Shown here: piece after piece, positions 26,535-29,732 of the stretch
Layout of the letters: every line of letters starts with the position of its first letter
Position numbering within the stretch: the stretch's first letter is position 1
Assembly: GCA_044222475.1 (NCBI GenBank)
Contig: JBGANF010000101.1
Coordinates: 1 to 29,732 of the forward strand
Length of the DNA stretch: 29,732 bases
Direction: 5' to 3'
DNA from: Polyangiaceae bacterium
Lineage (GTDB): Bacteria; Myxococcota_A; Polyangia; Polyangiales; Polyangiaceae
Made by a program: the position numbers and the translations under genes
The notes under the pieces: generated by a model
Databases searched by the model: none
The model's input: only the letters and a program-made list of their open reading frames with translations
What the model was told of the DNA's origin: nothing

Positions 26535-28023
26535 GTTCCTTGCCCTTTCCGTGCTTCGACCAGGCCGCGAACGTCTGGTCGTGAGTGCGCATGGCGCGCG
26601 CGAGGTGAGGGCGGTTTTCCATCGCCGACCGCATCGTGGTGGCTGCAGCCGCGATGGCGCTGGCGTCGTCGGTGAACCGCGCCAAGGTCTCCATCCACGT
26701 TCTGGCGTATGCATCGAGGTCGTCGCCGGTCGTGAACGTCTCGCTCACGTAGCGAACCTGTCCCGCTTGGATCGCGAAGTGTCCGAGGTCGACGCTCAAG
26801 AGGAGTTGCTCGCGGACTGCCAAGTCCGACGCGTGAGCGAGCGCGGAGGTGTACGCGCAAAGGAGCTCCGCGAGCGTTCGGCGGTCACCTCGGTCGATCG
26901 CGCGTTGCGCTTCGACGTCGAGCGGTTCGAGCCACGGGCAGACGGTCCACAGCCATAGCTGGTGCTCGTCGTCCTCGACGAGCGCCAGCGCCGTCCCCTC
27001 GACGTGCAACGAGCCCAGGCGCATCTTCCGTCGTGCGAGCTGCAGGATGCCGGCACGCCCATCGTCGACTCCGCCGTAGCGGCGGCTCGCCGCCGTCTCG
27101 AAGCGGAAGCCGCCGCTGCGATGGGCATGGCGGTCGCCTTCGACCGAACGTTCGACCGGGTTGGTGGCCATCGCGCCAGCGAGCGCGCGCAGGACTTCGC
27201 GTCCCGAGGTCGCCGGCCAGATGCACCCGCTCGGAGCGTCTTCGCGAGGGATCGGCGGTTCCGGGCCGCGTCTCCGGGTCTTCGCCGCAGCCTTCGGAGG
27301 TGCCGCCGGCGCGGCGGCAGGCGCCGCCTTCGTCGCGCCGCGCATCCACTTGGGCGCTCGGGTGACCTCGAGAGCGCGGAGCGCGTGGACGAGCTTCTCG
27401 GGGGTGTCCTCTGCGTCGGGCAAGTGCTCGATCCCCGAGGCGAGGACCTGCTTCTGCGCTCGGTTCGCGGCCGCGCGAATCGCGAGCACGACGGTCTCGC
27501 GCACGCCGATGCCCATCGCGGCGCGCGCGGCGACGATCGGCACGTCGGCAGGCAGGTCGAGCGCCGCGGCGACCTCCGGCAGGTCGAGCGCGCCCTCCAC
27601 GTCTTGTTTGTTCGCCTGCACGATGAGGGGCGGTGGGCGCTCGTCGGTGGAAGCTCGCGCGCGCAGGAGCTCGAGCCAGCGGCGGCCTTCCTTCACGCCT
27701 TTCGGTGTGCTGTCGCACACGAACACCACGACGTCTGCCGTGCGCAGCACGTGCCAGCGGCGCTTCGCCAGGACACTCTGCCCCGGCACGGTGAGGAGCT
27801 CGCACCGCAAGGCGTGTCCGCCGACGATGCCGCCGTCGATGTGGAGCCAGTCGAAGAGCACCGTACGGCCGGCCGTTTCTCCGGGAGAAAGAAGCTCTCC
27901 GCGACGCTGGGTGGTGAACGCGGTGACGAGCTGCTTGAGGTTGGTCGTCTTCCCCGCGTGGCCCGGCCCGTCGTAGACGGCGCGGACGATGATGCGTCTG
28001 TGTTTGTGATCGAACGACGTCAT
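26527..28023 (-). CDS. MglA-like small GTPase fused to a degenerate kinase-like domain
   Basis: G1 'YDGPGHAGKTTNL', G2 'GRTVLFD', G3 'TVPGQ', 'VVFVCDS', G4 'ANKQD', 'GIGVRET'; Ala/Pro/Lys linker; C-terminal domain aligns with 15311..16192. Confidence 0.88.
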   Translation of the reverse strand: MTSFDHKHRRIIVRAVYDGPGHAGKTTNLKQLVTAFTTQRRGELLSPGETAGRTVLFDWLHIDGGIVGGHALRCELLTVPGQSVLAKRRWHVLRTADVVVFVCDSTPKGVKEGRRWLELLRARASTDERPPPLIVQANKQDVEGALDLPEVAAALDLPADVPIVAARAAMGIGVRETVVLAIRAAANRAQKQVLASGIEHLPDAEDTPEKLVHALRALEVTRAPKWMRGATKAAPAAAPAAPPKAAAKTRRRGPEPPIPREDAPSGCIWPATSGREVLRALAGAMATNPVERSVEGDRHAHRSGGFRFETAASRRYGGVDDGRAGILQLARRKMRLGSLHVEGTALALVEDDEHQLWLWTVCPWLEPLDVEAQRAIDRGDRRTLAELLCAYTSALAHASDLAVREQLLLSVDLGHFAIQAGQVRYVSETFTTGDDLDAYARTWMETLARFTDDASAIAAAATTMRSAMENRPHLARAMRTHDQTFAAWSKHGKGKEHG

Positions 28024-28039
28024 CGACGTGGGACCTCCT

Positions 28040-28055
28040 CGCAAGACGTGTTCCG
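28040..28055 (-). promoter_or_regulatory. Putative sigma-54 -24/-12 promoter
   Basis: Minus strand CGGAACA-CGTC-TTGCG, 10-nt spacing, 18 nt before ATG 28023; caveat: abuts a GAGGAGG RBS-like motif that would fall upstream of the predicted TSS. Confidence 0.45.
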
Positions 28056-28222
28056 TTCATCGCGCGGGCGGGAGAGGTCCGGTTCGAGCCCTGCCGCTGT
28101 CGGGAACCGTCAACCGTCGGCGGTATCCGCACGCGCGTGTCAGAAGTCGTACGATCCGCCTCGTGCGTTCGCCGACTCACGCGCGGATCGGCACGTGCAT
28201 GTGCGCTCGCCCGGAGGACGAG

Positions 28223-28828
28223 ATGGTCGAGCGACGACGGTTGGGGGATCTGGAACCCGACCCGGAGATGTGGGTGGCCCTGCGCGATGGAGACGGGCTC
28301 ACCGAGATCCTCACGGACTTCTATGCGCGGGTGTACGACGACCCGCGTCTCGCCTTCTTCTTCGAGGGGGTGACGAAGGCCCGCGCCATCGAGAAGCAGT
28401 ACCAGTTCCTTCGCCAGATCTTCACCGGAGAGCCGGTCTACTTCGGGGACCGTCCGCGCAACGCGCACCACTGGATGGTGATTTCGGACGAGCTCTTCGA
28501 CCATCGCGAAGAGCTGATGGCGAGCTGCCTTCGAAGGTACGGGCTGCCGGAGCACCTCGTCGCGCGGTGGCGCGCGGTCGAGGAGATCTTCCGCAAGCAG
28601 ATCGTCAAGTCGGTCCCGCGCGGCAAGAAGCTGGGCGGGGTCGAGCTCCCGTTCGACGGTCACGACACCGTCGAGCTCGCCGTCGGCACGCTCTGCGACG
28701 GCTGCGGCGCGCCGATGGACCAGGGCACGAAGGCCGAGTACCACGTGCGCACGGGGAAGACGTACTGTCCGTCGTGCGTGCCGCCGCCGACCGTTCGGCC
28801 TCCTGCAAGTCGGAGTGGGCACCCGTGA
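28223..28828 (+). CDS. Group I-like truncated (2/2) hemoglobin with C-terminal CxxC...CxxC zinc-finger-like domain
   Basis: GGAGG RBS; 'DFYARVYDDPRLAFFF', 'KQYQFL', 'YFGDRPRNAH', 'ISDELFD'; tail CDGC...CPSC. Confidence 0.85.
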   Translation: MVERRRLGDLEPDPEMWVALRDGDGLTEILTDFYARVYDDPRLAFFFEGVTKARAIEKQYQFLRQIFTGEPVYFGDRPRNAHHWMVISDELFDHREELMASCLRRYGLPEHLVARWRAVEEIFRKQIVKSVPRGKKLGGVELPFDGHDTVELAVGTLCDGCGAPMDQGTKAEYHVRTGKTYCPSCVPPPTVRPPASRSGHP

Positions 28829-29022
28829 CGCGCGCACGGATCGTCGCGCGCCGCCGCGGACCTCTCGTCGTCGAGGGCGAGATCGACCTGCTCGATCTCG
28901 AAGGCAAGCCCGTCGACGTCGGCGATCGGAAGCGGATCTTGCTCTGCCGCTGCGGAGCGTCGAAGACGAAACCGCTGTGCGACGGCTGTCACAACCGCAA
29001 CGGCTTCGAGAGCGAGGGCTGA
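28825..29022 (+). CDS. CDGSH-type iron-sulfur domain protein
   Basis: GTG start overlapping globin stop (GTGA); 'GPLVVEG', 'LCRCGASKTKPLCDGCH'. Confidence 0.88.
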   Translation: MTRARIVARRRGPLVVEGEIDLLDLEGKPVDVGDRKRILLCRCGASKTKPLCDGCHNRNGFESEG

Positions 29023-29047
29023 GCGCGACGTACCAGGGAGGGACCGT

Positions 29048-29404
29048 ATGGGGGACGAAAGGACCGTCGTGGACTGCGAGGCGGGGCGAAGGCTGGGGTG
29101 CCAGACGTTCTGCTGCCGGCTTCTGGTGAGGCTCCAATCGCACGAGCGTGATGCCGGCTCGCCGAAGAGCTGCGTCGACAAGGCGCCGGACGGACTGTGC
29201 CTCCACCTCGATCGAGTGACCTTCCATTGCTCGATGTGGGAGCGAGCGCCGGCGATCTGCCGGGCGTACGACTGCAACGCCGACCCTCTGCTCCAGATCG
29301 TCCTGCGCGAGGGCTTCACGTCGCTGGTCCGGCTCGTCACCTCGCGGACGAGGGTGCCCCGCGAGGAGTGGACCTGCGTCCCGCGCGTGAAGGCGCAGCG
29401 GTGA
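29048..29404 (+). CDS. YkgJ-family (CxxCxxCC-like) cysteine-cluster protein
   Basis: GGAGGGG RBS; 'C...GCQTFCC', 'GLCLHLD...CSMWERAPAICRAYDC'. Confidence 0.82.
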   Translation: MGDERTVVDCEAGRRLGCQTFCCRLLVRLQSHERDAGSPKSCVDKAPDGLCLHLDRVTFHCSMWERAPAICRAYDCNADPLLQIVLREGFTSLVRLVTSRTRVPREEWTCVPRVKAQR

Positions 29405-29439
29405 TCCGTCAGGCGGCGCGCGCGATCGTCGTCCGTGCG

Positions 29440-29581
29440 GGCATCGCACCCAACCGCTCAGGCCCTACAAGCCATTACGTTGGTTCGAATCCAACGTTTC
29501 CCGCCTTAGGGAAACTCGCTCAGTGGTAGAGCACCGGTCTACGGAACCGAAAAACACGGCTCGAGCACTCGGGTGCGAGCC
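29440..29581 (+). ncRNA. Circularly permuted tRNA-like RNA enclosed by a terminal stem (YrlA Y-RNA-like architecture)
   Basis: T arm GTTGG-TTCGAAT-CCAAC (29479-95), acceptor hairpin GTTTCCC-gcctta-GGGAAAC (29496-515), D arm GCTC-AGTGGTA-GAGC (29518-32), anticodon arm with ACG (29534-50); ends pair TCGCACCC/GGGTGCGA. Confidence 0.75.
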
Positions 29582-29595
29582 TACTCACGAGAAGA

Positions 29596-29732
29596 TCAGG
29601 TCTCGACCTTCTTGCCCTTCTTCTCCCAGCCGGTGATCCCCTCCGGCATGATGTACACGTTCGTGTAGCCGAGGCCGATCGCCGCCGTCGCCGCGTGGTG
29701 ACACGCCGAGCACGACTCGCCGTAGCAGTAGA
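29596..29732 (-). CDS. Rhodanese-like domain protein, 3' end (5' part outside window)
   Basis: Manual translation 'YCYGESCSACHHAATAAIGLGYTNVYIMPEGITGWEKKGKKVET*' matches the rhodanese C-terminal pattern. Confidence 0.8.
   Translation of the reverse strand, partial: YCYGESCSACHHAATAAIGLGYTNVYIMPEGITGWEKKGKKVET

Noticed and set aside
28189..28204. Fifth sigma-54 motif CGGCACGTGCATGTGC before the globin gene
   Set aside because: Good -24 box but GG-GC spacing is 11 nt instead of the strict 10; not called, though worth checking for a 1-nt read error.
29479..29550. Canonical tRNA-Arg gene or two-piece tmRNA
   Set aside because: Halves are in reversed order with no T arm after the anticodon arm; no G3:U70 pair, no CCA and no tag ORF for tmRNA.
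13700..29600. Mobile genomic island integrated at the tRNA-like element
   Set aside because: No integrase or transposase, no matching att repeat seen at the left boundary, and composition resembles the flanks.

Overview
High-GC window with myxobacterial-type gene content (inference: Polyangiales-like; tandem Ser/Thr kinase, Cys-repeat OmpA lipoprotein, MglA-like GTPase, sterol genes). Layout: (i) 0.27-1.74 kb, three short immunity-like genes; (ii) a squalene epoxidase / oxidosqualene cyclase sterol operon with cycloartenol-synthase signature residues; (iii) a mixed block (lipoprotein, MATE, OmpA/Pal-like, SH3-C39-like peptidase, double kinase, clpS, zinc-ribbon protein); (iv) a 13.8-29.4 kb signalling cluster with two histidine kinases, REC-DUF4388, a PATAN-like protein, two paralogous roadblock-like proteins, an MglA-like GTPase fused to a dead kinase-fold domain, a stand-alone intact paralog of that kinase, two phosphatases (one fused to a truncated ABC ATPase), a sigma-54 activator, a frameshifted MFS gene and a globin/CDGSH/YkgJ trio; four of its transcription units begin with a GG-N8-TTGC sigma-54 motif; (v) a circularly permuted tRNA-like (YrlA-like) element at 29.44-29.58 kb and the 3' end of a rhodanese gene. 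All family calls are from motif recognition by eye; no searches were run.
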